A DNA stretch of 64,000 nt, from assembly GCF_902713615.1 (NCBI RefSeq), contig NC_052149.1:127041256-127105255 (forward strand), written 5' to 3'. The DNA comes from Scyliorhinus canicula. Taxonomy: Eukaryota. Shown here piece by piece: positions 1-10,479 of this stretch. The notes under the pieces are model-generated. The model was not told where the DNA came from and ran no database searches. It saw nothing but the letters and a program-made list of their open reading frames with translations. The stretch's first letter is position 1, and each line of letters opens with the position of its first letter. The translations under genes and the position numbers were made by a program.

Positions 1-44
1 AAGGAGGCCATTTGGCCCATCGAGTGGAAAGAGCACCCTACATT

Positions 45-277
45 TTCTTTTTTTATTAAATAAATTTATAATACCCAATTAATTTTTTCCAATTAAGGGG
101 CAATTTGGTGTGGGCAATCAACCTACCCTGCACATTTTTGGGTTGTGGGGGCGGAACACACGCAAACACAGGGAGAATGTGCAACCTCCACACGGACAGT
201 GACCCAGAGCCGGGATCGAACCTGGGACCTAGGTACCGTGAGGCAGCAGTGCTAACCACTGCGCCACCGTGCAGCCC
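45..277 (-). mobile_element. HE1/V-SINE family tRNA-derived SINE
   Basis: Minus strand reads gggctgcacggtggcgcagtggttagcactgctgcctcacgg...ggttcgatccc (A/B boxes), then the V-SINE core (gtgtggaggttgcacattctccc...) and an AT-rich tail. Confidence 0.85.
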
Positions 278-399
278 TCGAGAAAGTACCCTACTTAGGA
301 CCATACCTGCACCCTATCCCCGTAACCTAGCAACCCCACCCAACCCTAAGGGCAATTTAGCATGGCCAATCCACCTAACCTGCATATCTTTGGAAGTCC

Positions 400-830
400 T
401 TACTTAAGGACGGATGTTCCGACATTGGAAGCAGTTCAGAGAAGGTTCACTGGGCTGATTCCACTGAGGAATGGAATGTCTGATGAGGAAAGGTTGAGCT
501 GGTTGTGTCTGTACTCATTGCAGAATGAGAGGTGATCTTATTGAAACATATAAGATTCCGAGGGAGCTTGACAGGGTGGATGCTGAGAGAATGTTTCCCC
601 TCGTGGGGAATCTAGAATTAGTGGACGCAGTTTAAAAATAAAGAATCCCCATTAAAGGCGGAGATGAGGAAGAATTTCTTCTCTCAGAGGGTCGTTAGTT
701 TTTGGAATTCTCGTTCCCAGAGAGCAGTGCATGCTGGGACATTGAATATATTCCAGGCTGAGTTAGACAGATTTTTGATTGACGGGGGTCAAGGGTTATG
801 GGGACCGGCAGGAAAGTGGAGATTGTGCCA
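400..830 (+). mobile_element. CR1 LINE 3' fragment (decayed)
   Basis: Matches the CR1 ORF2 C-terminal pattern (VQRRFT..., RGDLIETYKI..., FSQRVV.LWNSLP) seen in the longer CR1 copies of this window. Confidence 0.75.
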
Positions 831-879
831 TTTTTAAAAGTTAATTTATGGGATGTGTGGGTCTGAAGTGGGAACCTTC

Positions 880-1045
880 CAGCCTGACCTTGTCCAGCCT
901 ACAAGTGACTCCAGATCCTCAGTAATGTGTTGACTCTGAAATACCCTCTGGAATGGCCGAGCAAGTCACTCAGTTCAAGGGCAATTAGGGATGGGCAATA
1001 AATACTGGCCCAGCCAGAGATCACACATCACATCAAACAATAAAA
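880..1045 (+). mobile_element. Deu-domain SINE fragment with L2-like tail, in the J-C intron
   Basis: gtgactccagatcctcagtaatgtgttgactctgaaataccctctggaatggcc...aagggcaattagggatgggcaataaatactggcc; same family as the copies at 8052-8347 and 26778-27032. Confidence 0.65.
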
Positions 1046-1656
1046 ATATCTCCAGGGATTTTCAGGAATATTGGATCAGGAATAAATATCAGACTGAACT
1101 CGACCCAAAGAGAAAGTAACTGAGAGTCTCCCCAAAAGCCTGGAACACTGAAGCCACTGGATTGTGAGCCCTGCTGGACCTGTTTGTCATCAGAACTTTG
1201 CTAAGAGATAAGCAGGGAGTGGAGAGAGCAGAGTTAAAGCTGGGGGAAGTGGGACCTCGGTGTCTCACTGTGCTGCTGCTGCTGCTGTGATCAGTTATAT
1301 CAGAGAGTGTGACAGGGAGCCAGAGCTCACATCAAACTCTGCCCGTGTCTGTCACACGCAGACTGACAGGAGTCTAGTGAGTGATTTCACTCCATGGTCC
1401 AGGAATGTGAACACAGTCTGCAAACGTCCAGATCTCCTCCACACGGTGGGTAAAAGCTGCTTACTTATATCTTGCTGCTTAAAGGGGGGAATGGAACTAA
1501 AGAAATACAGCTGGGCACCCTGTTCTACACAGTGTTCTTCAATGAACCATTTCATTCACTGCAGCTCCCCACTAACACCTTCAACTATTCAGCATTTGTG
1601 TTTGAGAAAGTTTCAGTATTGAAAGGGTTAATAACGGAGGATTGGGGTTTACTTAC

Positions 1657-1691
1657 TCAGTCTGAGCTTGGTTCCTTTACCGAACGTAAGC
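1657..1691 (-). CDS. IGKJ: Ig kappa J segment (LTFGKGTKLRL)
   Basis: Minus strand G CTT ACG TTC GGT AAA GGA ACC AAG CTC AGA CTG A|GTAAGT gives the FGxG motif and a canonical phase-1 donor at 1656-1651. It directly abuts a 23-RSS. Confidence 0.95.
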
Positions 1692-1730
1692 CACACTGAC
1701 AGCTTCCAGTGCAGGGGCTGTACAAAAACC
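1692..1730 (+). other. 23-bp-spacer recombination signal sequence of J
   Basis: Heptamer CACACTG (1692-1698, one mismatch to CACAGTG), 23-bp spacer, perfect nonamer ACAAAAACC (1722-1730). Confidence 0.95.
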
Positions 1731-2077
1731 TCTGCTCTCTGCTTCACTCACTCACTCTCACCCTCTCTCTGTCTCTCACTCACTACTGTCTTTCTCTCTC
1801 ACTCTTTCTCACTCTCTGTTTCTCTCAATGTCTCTGTGTTTTGTTGGGAGCGTTGAAAATTCTAATTTTAGATGATAAATATTTCAGCTGCTCTTCATAT
1901 GTGGACATGGAGAGTAAGATGGAAACTTGAGGCCTTCAGTGAGCTGTGGACACCACAGGGACTGGAGTGTGCAGTGGACGGTGAGAATAATTTGTTCAGT
2001 TTCCTTTCTTGTGTTTATTATATATTGTATAAAACTGTGGGATGTTTCAGTACAGGAGGTGGTGCTGTGTGTATTGA

Positions 2078-2105
2078 GGTTTTTGTAAGGCTCTGTATCA
2101 CTGTG
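2078..2105 (-). other. 12-bp-spacer recombination signal sequence of V
   Basis: Minus strand CACAGTG, 12-bp spacer atacagagcctt, ACAAAAACC: consensus heptamer and nonamer. V-12/J-23 is the kappa-type arrangement. Confidence 0.97.
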
Positions 2106-2403
2106 TAGGGGAAGCTGCTTCCTTGCTGACAGTAATAATCAGCGACATCCTCATTCTGCACATTGCTGATTGTCAGGGTGTATTGATTGGACTGTCGGCT
2201 CCCGGTGAATCGGTCCGATGTTCCTGTGAATCTGCTTGATGTGCTGTGAATCAGCAGAGCCGGTTTCTGACCTTCCCGCTGCTGATACCAAGCAACGTAG
2301 CTTCCAGAGTACGTGATGGCCGTACAGGTGATGGTCGCGGTCTGGCCCAGGCTCAATGATAGCACTGGGGGAGACTGGTTCATGATGATGTCTCCACTGA
2401 TAC
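2106..2403 (-). CDS. IGKV: Ig kappa light-chain V exon (shark NS4/type III-like), open and unrearranged
   Basis: (G)ISG-DIIMNQSPPVLSLSLGQTATITC...W YQQREGQKPALLI...TLTISNVQNEDVADYYCQQGSSFP. Both Cys and the Trp are conserved and there are no stops. A polypyrimidine tract plus AG acceptor lies at 2404-2405. FR1/FR2 match shark kappa as I recall it. Confidence 0.95.
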
Positions 2404-2589
2404 CTGAGGGGTAATAGAGAAACAGAGTGAAGTAAGAACTGTCACAGAAAGAGCCTGTACAATGAGATATTGTTGGAGACACTGACTGTTCCTCTGCTTT
2501 CAGCATTTTCCCTTCAATCACAAGTCAGTAGAATTGGATTGAAATGGAGAGCAGGAAAATATTCAAGGTGGAAGGAGAGATATTTGTAC

Positions 2590-2638
2590 CTGCGATGCAG
2601 AATGCCAGAGGCCAGATCAGCTGGATGGCTGAAATCAT
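2590..2638 (-). CDS. IGKV: Ig kappa leader exon (MISAIQLIWPLAFCIA-G)
   Basis: caccATG at 2638; 49 nt ending in phase 1 with a GT donor at 2589-2588. A 186-bp intron leads to the V exon, and the splice restores GGT ATC AGT GGA GAC (GISGD). Confidence 0.93.
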
Positions 2639-2698
2639 GGTGTCTGCTCCTGTCCCTGTGCCTGGTTACTGATAAACTCTCCCTTCACTGGGCTCTGC

Positions 2699-2752
2699 TT
2701 TATAAAGCTGCAGCCTGTGAGAGTCTGACTGCCCGTTCCTCAGTATGTAAAT
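2699..2752 (-). promoter_or_regulatory. V-gene promoter: TATA (TTTATAAA, 2699-2706) and octamer-like ATTTACAT (2745-2752)
   Basis: TATA lies ~60 bp and the octamer variant ~107 bp upstream of the ATG. ATTTACAT is one substitution from the light-chain octamer ATTTGCAT. Confidence 0.7.
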
Positions 2753-2779
2753 GGTATGAGGCAGAGACACCACGTCAGC

Positions 2780-2965
2780 ACCCTCACTTCCTCTTCTTCT
2801 CTCTTCCTCACTCCCTCAGTAGCTTCTCTCTCTCACTCTCTCTGTCTGTCTCTCTGTCTTGTTCCTCCTGTCTCTCTCACTATTTGCTCTTTCCCACTTT
2901 CTTTCTCCATCTTTCTCCATCATTTTATTTCTCTCTTTGTCCGCCTGTCTACTTCTCTCTCTGTC
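2780..2965. repeat. CT-rich low-complexity tract
   Basis: Imperfect (CT)n run directly upstream of the V promoter. Confidence 0.85.
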
Positions 2966-3312
2966 CCAGAAGAAATGGAAAAAAAATGAAAATCGCTCAT
3001 TGTCACAAGTAGGCTTCAAATGAAGTTACTGTGAAAAGCCCCTAGTCGCCACATTCCGGCACCTGTTCGGGGAGGCTGGTACGGGAAGGGAGGGAACAAC
3101 CTCCTGGTATCCACTCTCTCAGTCCCCTCCGGATCTTATATTTCAATAAGATCACCTCTCATTCTTCTGAACTCCAGTGGTTCAGACTTCCTTCTGGCCA
3201 AACTGTCCAAACTTTCTTCCTAAGATCGACCCGTCATCCCAGGAATGAGTCGCGTAAATCTTTGCTGATCTGTTTCTAACACAATTATATCTTTTATCAA
3301 ATAAAGAGACCT

Positions 3313-3520
3313 GGGGCAGCACGGTGGCACAGTGGTTAGCACTGCTGCCTCACGGTGCTGAGGAGCCGGGTTTGAATCCCGGCCCTGGGTCACTGACCAT
3401 GTGGAGTTTGCACATTCTCCCCGTGTCGGCGTGGGTCTCACCCCACAATCCAAAAATGTGCAGGGTAGGTGAATTGGCCACGCTAAATTGCCCCTTAATT
3501 GGAAAAATATAGAAAAAATT
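3313..3520 (+). mobile_element. HE1/V-SINE inserted in a CR1 fragment (about 3100-3620)
   Basis: gggcagcacggtggcacagtggttagcactgctgcctcac...gggtttgaatcc, then the V-SINE core. The flanks read as CR1 ORF2 on the minus strand (VQRRFTRLIPGM). Confidence 0.8.
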
Positions 3521-3629
3521 AATGAGACCAAATCTGTACACATTATTCCAGATGTGGTCTCACCAGGACCCTGTACAGCTGCAGTAAAACTTCCCTGTTT
3601 TTATTTTCCGTTCCTCTTGTAATAAACAG

Positions 3630-3851
3630 GGGGTGTTTAGCTCACTGGGCTAAATTGCTGGCTTTGAAAGCAGACCAAGGTAGGCCAGCAGCACGGTTCA
3701 ATTCCCGTAACAGCCTCCCCGAACAGGCGCCGGAATGTGGGTTACGGGTATAGGTTGGATACGTGGGTTTGAGTAGGGTGATCATGGCTCGGCACAACAT
3801 CGAGGGCCGAAGGGCCTGTTCTGTGCTGTACTGTTCTATGTTCTATGTTCT
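3630..3851 (+). mobile_element. Chimeric SINE: tRNA-like head (ggggtgtttagctcactgggctaaa...ggttcaattcc) plus CR1-derived tail ending (ctatgtt)n
   Basis: The same head recurs at ~53285 and ~54535. The same tail recurs on V-SINEs at 33717, 44488 and 63300. Confidence 0.7.
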
Positions 3852-4729
3852 AAACACCAACATTCCATTTCCCTCCCTGATCACTTGCTGGACCTGCAGA
3901 CTAATGTTTTGTAATTCATGTACCAGGACACCCAGATCCCTCTGTAGCAGCCAGTTCCTCAATCTCTCTCCATTTAAATACTTTACTATTCTTCCTGCCA
4001 AAGTGGACAAGTTCACATTTACCCACGTTATACTCCCTGGGCTGGGTTGGGCATGGGAACAGGCGCGTTTTATACCAGGAAAACTGGCGCAAAACGGCCA
4101 CCGATTCTCCATTTTGCTGGGAGCTAGCAGGATCGCAGTGTAGAGCATCCGGCTCTCGCTGCCGATATGTCCCAGAGAATTGCCGGGTCCATGGCCACGC
4201 ATGCGCACGGCAGAAACCCCCTCCTGTCCCTGGCGTAACTGATCGGCAGCGGGCAGAACAGGGCAGCACCACGACACCTGGGACACTTGAGCACCAGCCG
4301 GGTCCATCCAGGCCCGGTCACCCCAGAAGATGGCCACCAACGGGGACCCAGGTCACAGGGCGGGAATCGCAGCAGGCCACCTCCTCTCTTGATGTACCGT
4401 CAGGGGATCCACCTCGGCACAGCGTTAGCACACGTGAGGCCACAAAGATAGACACCAGTTAAGTTGGCACAGGAAAGTCACAGTTTAGTGACAGGGGCTA
4501 GGGCAATACGTATATATTTGTTCATAATAAATACCTGTTACCACTGTTACAACCTGCCTCGGTGCTCTGCCTGATGGGAGTGAGGGAGGGGCTGGTCTGG
4601 GATTGTTGCAGAGACAGTGCTGGGCGTCGGGCGGGGCCGGGGGGTGGGGGGGTCTCGGGGCAGGCACCCCAGTGCAGCTGCTGCTTACTGTCCCGGTAAT
4701 CTGCCCCATACCCATCCCTCTCCACTTCA

Positions 4730-5048
4730 AAATAGAAGAAGGAGGCCATTCGGCCCATCGTGTCTGCATTGGAAAGGGCACCCAACTATCCCCACAGCTC
4801 CACCCTATCCCCGTAACCCAGGAACCCCACCTCGCCTTTTTTGGGCACTCAGGGTAATTTATCATGGCCAATCCACCTAACGTGCACATCTTTGGACTGT
4901 GGGAGGAAACCGGAGCATCCTGAGGGCACCGGCGCACCCATGGGGAGAACGTGCAGACTCCGCACAGACAGTGACCCAAGGGGGAATCGAACCTGGGACC
5001 CTGGTGCTGTGAAGCAACAGTGTTAACCCCTGTGTTACCGTGCCGCCC
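4730..5048 (-). mobile_element. HE1/V-SINE
   Basis: Minus strand gggcggcacggtaacacaggggttaacac...ggttcgattccc, then core and CR1-like tail. Confidence 0.8.
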
Positions 5049-5479
5049 ACAGTTCGTTGGGACCGTGTGATGGAATGGTCAGCTCGCATGCAGGGATCAC
5101 CCAGGTAGAAGGTGCTATCCTGGGCAGGAGTCAAACGTCAAACGATGTGGAGCACCAGGGCTCATTGCAGAGCAGGTTGTCATCATCCTCCATCCCATGG
5201 GCCAGATCTGTTGTTACTGCCAACACAGGACCCGCCGCCATGGTGCTGCAGGTAGAGATCACGGACAGGGTTGCATTCCGGGGTGGGGGGGTAGTGAGGG
5301 TGGTCATGGGAGGGGATGGTAATTCGGGGGGCGGGCGGTATGTAAGGATGGAATGGTGTGGTTGTGCCGTGGTCAGGTCCCCCGAGTCGGTGAACCAACT
5401 GGTGATTAGCGTGTCCCATGCGCATTGACCTGCCTGGACTCTATGTCCTGCCCATCCCTGACCTTCATCGCATCCCACT

Positions 5480-6350
5480 TGTCGGACAAGGACTGATATT
5501 CATCTCCTCCTCCAGCACGTCGCCCCTCTGCTGCGTGATGTTGTGCAGGATGCAGCAGGCCGCCACGATGTGGGAGACCTTCCTAGCGCTATACTGGAGG
5601 CCCCTCCAGGGCGGTCCAGCACCTGAACCATATCTTCAGGATGCTCAAGCACAGCTCAATCACATCCCTGGTCGCTGTATGGGCTTCATTGCAGTGGGTC
5701 AATGCATTGTTCTGTGGCCTCCGGATAGGCTTCATCAGTCACGACCGAATCAGATAACCCCTGTCACCCAGGAGCCAACCCCTCAGCAGGGGCTGCACTT
5801 TACAGATGTTTGGAACCGTGGAGTGTGCCAGGATGATGGCGTCATGCACACTGCCCGGGTAGTGGGCGCAGATGTGTATGATGTGAATCTCATGGTTACA
5901 CACCATCTGCAAGTGCCTCGGAAGGTGACACGCATCTGTCAGTTACCCCTTGGCCCTGGGGCATCACACCCATGATGGTGAATCCCGCTACCCGGGCATC
6001 CTGGTGGGCTTGGTCCATATTAAAATGGATGTATTGAGCCGACTGGGCATATGGGACCTTTGTGACGGCACAGATGCACCTGGGCACCGAGCTCTGTAAG
6101 ACTCCTGACAGGTCCCCACTCAGAGGCTGGAAGGACCCGGGGCATAAATGTTCAGGATATCTGTTACCTTGATGGCCACCGGGAGCAGGTGTCCTCCTCC
6201 ATAGCCCTATGTTGTCAAGTGCGCCATAATCTGGCAAATATGCCATATGGTCCCCTTGCTTAGTCGGAATCTTCGATGACATACCCGGTCCAGCAGCTCC
6301 TTGAATGACAGGCGCTGCCGGTACAAACGAGGTCCCATGTGGCACCTCCT
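5480..6350 (-). pseudogene. Harbinger (HARBI1-like) DDE transposase remnant, frameshifted
   Basis: Fragments GSFQPLSGDLSGVLQSSVPRCI...YIHF, VCDH...HICA.YPGSVHDAIILAHS, GWLLGDRGY and VSHIVAACCILHNITQQRGD across several frames. Confidence 0.85.
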
Positions 6351-6489
6351 TCCCATCGTCTCCACGGCTAATTGGGTGTCCGGCTCACAGAAAATAGACT
6401 CCTGTCAGGAACCCATCTCAGGAAAGAGAAACCTGCCAGGAAACTGGAGAGCAATCCAGACAGACCCAGTTAAAAAAAAAAAATGACTG

Positions 6490-6920
6490 TTGGAACACTC
6501 ACCTGGGCAATACACCAGCTGGCTCAGACAGTGAAAGCACCACATTGAGTGTTGTTGGAGCTGCGCTCATCCAGGGAAGTGGGGAGTATTCCATCCCACT
6601 CCTGACTTGTGCCTTGTAGATGGTGGACAGGCTGGGGTGGGGGGTTTCTCAATCTGTGACCTGCTCTTGTAGCTACAGTATTAATATGACTGGTCCAGTT
6701 CAGTTCCTGGTCAATGGTAACCACCAGGAGGTTGAGAGTGGGGGGATTCAGTGATGGTAATGCCACGGAATGTTAACGGATGATGGTTAGATTCTCTCTT
6801 GTTGGAGATGGTCATTGCCTGGCACCTGTGTGGCAACAATGTTATTTGCCATTTGTCAGCCCAAACTGGATATTGTCCAGGTCTTGCTGCATTTGGACAT
6901 AGACTGTCTCAGATTGTGAG
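6490..6920 (-). mobile_element. L2-type LINE RT fragment
   Basis: Minus strand encodes IYKAQVRS.MEYSPL.WMSAAPTTL and ...DQELNWTSHINTVATRAG. Confidence 0.6.
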
Positions 6921-7047
6921 GAGTTGCAAATGGCAACATTATGTAGTCATCAATGAACATGACAGAGTTTAGCGATTCCAGAACCAACGGATCAGGCCCA
7001 AGCTCTGCAGTCCTGTCACATCCAGTTATGTGTTTTGATGGACAATT

Positions 7048-7336
7048 AGAATCATAGAATTTACAGTACAGAAGGAGGCCATTCAGCCCATCGAGTTTGC
7101 ACAGGCCCTCAAAGAGCATTTTTGGCTTTTTTGCTTTTAATTTTTGCTCTTTTTTTCCCTACCGAAACCCACACCTGCACCCTATCCCCCTCACCCCACC
7201 TAATCCAACCTTTTTGGACACCATTGGCAATTTATCATGGCCAATCCACCTAACCTGCACATCTTTGGACCGTGGGAGGACACCGGAGCACCCGGAGGAA
7301 ACCAACGCACACACAGGGGAGACTCCACACAGTGAC
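7048..7336 (-). mobile_element. HE1/V-SINE, 5'-truncated
   Basis: V-SINE core and tail without the tRNA head. Confidence 0.7.
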
Positions 7337-7350
7337 AAATTAAACAACTG

Positions 7351-8051
7351 GGGCGGGATTATCCCAGTCCCGGCAGGACGGAGTGGCGTGAACCACTCCG
7401 GCGTCGGTCCGCCCCAAAGGTGCGGAATCCTCCGCACGTTCAGGGGCTAGGCCGGCGCCAGAGTGGTTTGCTCCCTGCCGGCTGGCGTGGAAGGCCTTTG
7501 GCTCCGCAATAGCCGCGGCCGAAGGGACTCCGCCGGCCGTCGTGAGTCCGCGCATGCGCGGGAGTGTCAGCGGCTGCTGATGTCATCCCCGCGCATGCGC
7601 GGGGGGGTTCACCTATGCGTCGGCCATCGCGGAGGCTGACACGGCTGATGTGTAGGAAAAGAGTGCCCCCACATCACAGGCCCGCCCGCGGATCGGTGGG
7701 CCCCGATCGCGGGCCAGGCCACCTTGGGGGCACGCCCCGGGGCCAGATCGCCTGCGCCGCGCCCCGCCCCTCCCCCAGGACCCCGGAGCCAGCCCACGAC
7801 GCCAGGTCCCACCGGTAAGGCACCTAGTCTGATCCACGCTGGTGGGACTGGCAAAGAACCAGCAGGATTTCGGCCCATCGCGGGCCGTAGAATCGCTGGG
7901 GGGTCCGCTGTGAGCGGCTGCCGATGCGCGATTCACGCCTCCGCCGAATCTACAGTGCCGGAGAATCCGGCGGACGGCAGGAGCGGGATTCACGCTTCCG
8001 CCCCTCCCCTCCGCGATTCTCCGACCCGGCGGGGTTCGGAGAATCCCGCCC
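7351..8051. mobile_element. Non-autonomous Harbinger element (MITE), ~700 bp
   Basis: TIRs GGGCGGGATT(A)TCC ... GGAGAATCCCGCCC with a 3-bp direct repeat CTG on both sides. GC-rich non-coding interior. Confidence 0.85.
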
Positions 8052-8347
8052 CTGAATGGCCATTTCAGAGTCAACCACATTGTGGGTCTGGAGTTACATA
8101 TAGGCCAGACTCGGTAAGCATGGCAGATTCCCTTCCCTGAATGACATTAGTGAACTCGATGGGTGTGCGTGACAACCAACAATGGTCTCATGGTCACCAT
8201 TACTGAGACAAGCTTTTAATTCCAGATTTATTCATTGAATTTAAATTGCACCAGCTGCTATGGTGGGATTTGAACCTGTGACCAGAGCATTAGCCTGAGC
8301 CTCTGGATTACTAGTCCAGTGACATTACCACTACACCACGGCCTCCC
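8052..8347 (-). mobile_element. Deu-domain tRNA SINE
   Basis: Minus strand gggaggccgtggtgtagtggtaatgtcactggactagtaatccagagg...ggttcaaatccc, followed by the Deu-like core (ccagacccacaatgtggttgactctgaaatggcc). Confidence 0.75.
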
Positions 8348-9185
8348 CCACATTGTGCTGTGGGGCTCCATGGAACTGTATCCCAGCATGAAGTGTCCCT
8401 CAGGAGGGGAGAGGGAATGTTCGGAGCCCTGAGCTCCATTTCCCAGCCCAGGCATTTTGTCTTCCAATGAATGAATGAGATGCCAATTTGGAGCCAGGTT
8501 AGGGACAGTCTCGTGCTGTGGACCCAGGCCTACAAGAGGCAATTGGAGATATCCCTGAAAGGGAAAGATTGCTGGGTTATGGGGATAGAGAGGGGGAGTG
8601 GGACTAATTGGGTAAGTCACAGCACGATGGGCAGAATGGCCTCCTTCTGTGCTGGAAGATTCGAGGCAGTGGACACAGTTCACAGTTTTCTCCCGTGTCA
8701 GTAACAAACATCCAGCTGCTCTGAGCCCCTTCTTTCACTTCCTCTGTTGGTTACGTTTCAATCTTCCGATCTGACAGTCTTTGCTGTTATTTTTTACACT
8801 GGGGGTTTCTGCTGTGGTCTGAATCTCTAACAATAACTGTCCAATCAGTGACAAGAACAGCAGCTCAGAGCAGTCAGGACTGAGGAGCCAGGCTCACTGG
8901 GAAACACATTGGGAAGATCAAAACCATCGTCTTCAGCTCCCAATACAAACTCCATCCCTCTCCCTGAGCACTGTCTGCTGCTCAACCAGACTCTTTACAA
9001 CATTGGCCTCATCTTTGACCCCAATCTGAACCCCCCCCAAAATCCTCTACATCACAAAGATCAGCCACTTCCCCCGAGAATTGGAATGTGCTGATTACAC
9101 AGAAGGAGAGGTTTCACAGTCAGGGAAGAGGTGAGTGAAAGACTTGGGGAGAGGAGAGACAATTCAGCTGGCTAATTGTCTAGAA

Positions 9186-10168
9186 CAGTGTTCTTCAAAC
9201 TTTTTTCCAGGGACCCATTTTTACCAACCGGCCAACCTTGGGGACCCACCCAGCCAACCTTCGCGACCCACCCCGGCAGACCTTCGCGACCCACCCAGCC
9301 AACCTTCGCGACCCACCCAGCCAACCTTCGCGACCCACCCAGCCAACCTTTGGGACCCACGCCGGCCGACCTTCGCAACCCACGCTAGCCGACCTTTGGG
9401 ACCCAACCCGGCCGACCTTCCCGACGCAACCCGGCCGACCTTCGCAACCCACGCCGGCCGACCTTCGCAACCCACGCCAGCCGACCTTTGGGACCCACCC
9501 AGCCAACCTTCGGGACCCACCCAGCCAACCTTTGGGACCCAACCCGGCCGACCTTCGCAACCCAGGCCGGCCGACCTACGCGATCCACCATTTTCTCTTA
9601 CCTTGTTTTCTGCTGACAAAAATGGAGGAAATGGTTTTGGGTCCCTTTGGCCTTTGTACACGCTCCTCCAATGGAACCTGTTGGATGAAGGTGAAGCCTT
9701 CCGGTGTCGGAAAGTTTAGAGTCTCCATCTGTCCAAAGGTCTGCATTTTTTTCCTGTAAAATGTTATCGAATAAAACCCGAACTTGCTAAAACAAATGAA
9801 TAAAATAAATGAAGAAAAAGTTTAATGAATAAAATGAATAAACCCCCCCACCCCGAACTTGTAAAACAAAAAGCTGCGACCGTTTTTAAAAAAAGCTGCC
9901 GTACTGCTCATGCTTCCCGAACATCGGCGTGTATGCGCAGAGTTTTGCACATACCCGCCGATGATATGGCACGCGTGTGCAGTGCGGCCGCATTTTTTTT
10001 ACATGTTCGCGGCCATTTTGAAGGCCGCTTGTAGCCGGCATTATTAACAGCTGACTGTTGCGCGCAGATATGCGAGATCGGGAGTGCCACAACGAACGGC
10101 TCCACGACCCTCCCGACACCCGCCCGCGACCCACCTGCGGGTCACGCCCCCAAGTTTGACAATGCCTG
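9186..10168. mobile_element. Non-autonomous hAT-Charlie element
   Basis: TIRs CAGTGTTCTTCAAACTT ... AAGTTTGACAATGCCTG. The 8-bp TSD GTCTAGAA / GTCCAGAA (7/8) fits the Charlie-type nTCTAGAn target. Confidence 0.85.
9225..9585. repeat. 22-bp tandem repeat (ccagccaaccttcgcgacccac), ~16 copies, inside the hAT element
   Basis: aaccttcg recurs at 9301, 9323 and 9345. Confidence 0.85.
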
Positions 10169-10479
10169 GTCCAGAATCTCCCGCTGGCTGTGTGATTTTG
10201 GGGGCATCTCACAGGCAGCACGGACATTCCGTTTTGCTGGATTTCTCATTCCAGGGCGGGATAACAGGAGACGGGAGCATTGGCAGTTTGAATAGTGAGC
10301 AGTTTCGGTGAGAGTTTGCTGCTGGATTATTGCTGAGGTTTCAGCTGGATGATTTGCTTTGGGAGCTTTTCATTGAGGGCACTTTTGTTTCATTAACTCT
10401 CTGGGAGGATTTCTGGTGAGTTCAGCCTTCAGTGCAGGAGACACTGCCGTCTGCATCTCTGCAAATGGGGTTTGTATTC

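Noticed and set aside
1266-1534. Isolated heptamers CACTGTG (1266) and CACAGTG (1528) as additional J segments
   Set aside because: No nonamer at 12 or 23 bp and no FGxG coding sequence.
1-1650. Ig constant exon
   Set aside because: No C1-set-like ORF is visible; it presumably lies outside the window.
2018-2521. The 167-aa ORF as the real protein
   Set aside because: It reads through the intron and the RSS. The real product uses the leader exon at 2590-2638 and V-J rearrangement.
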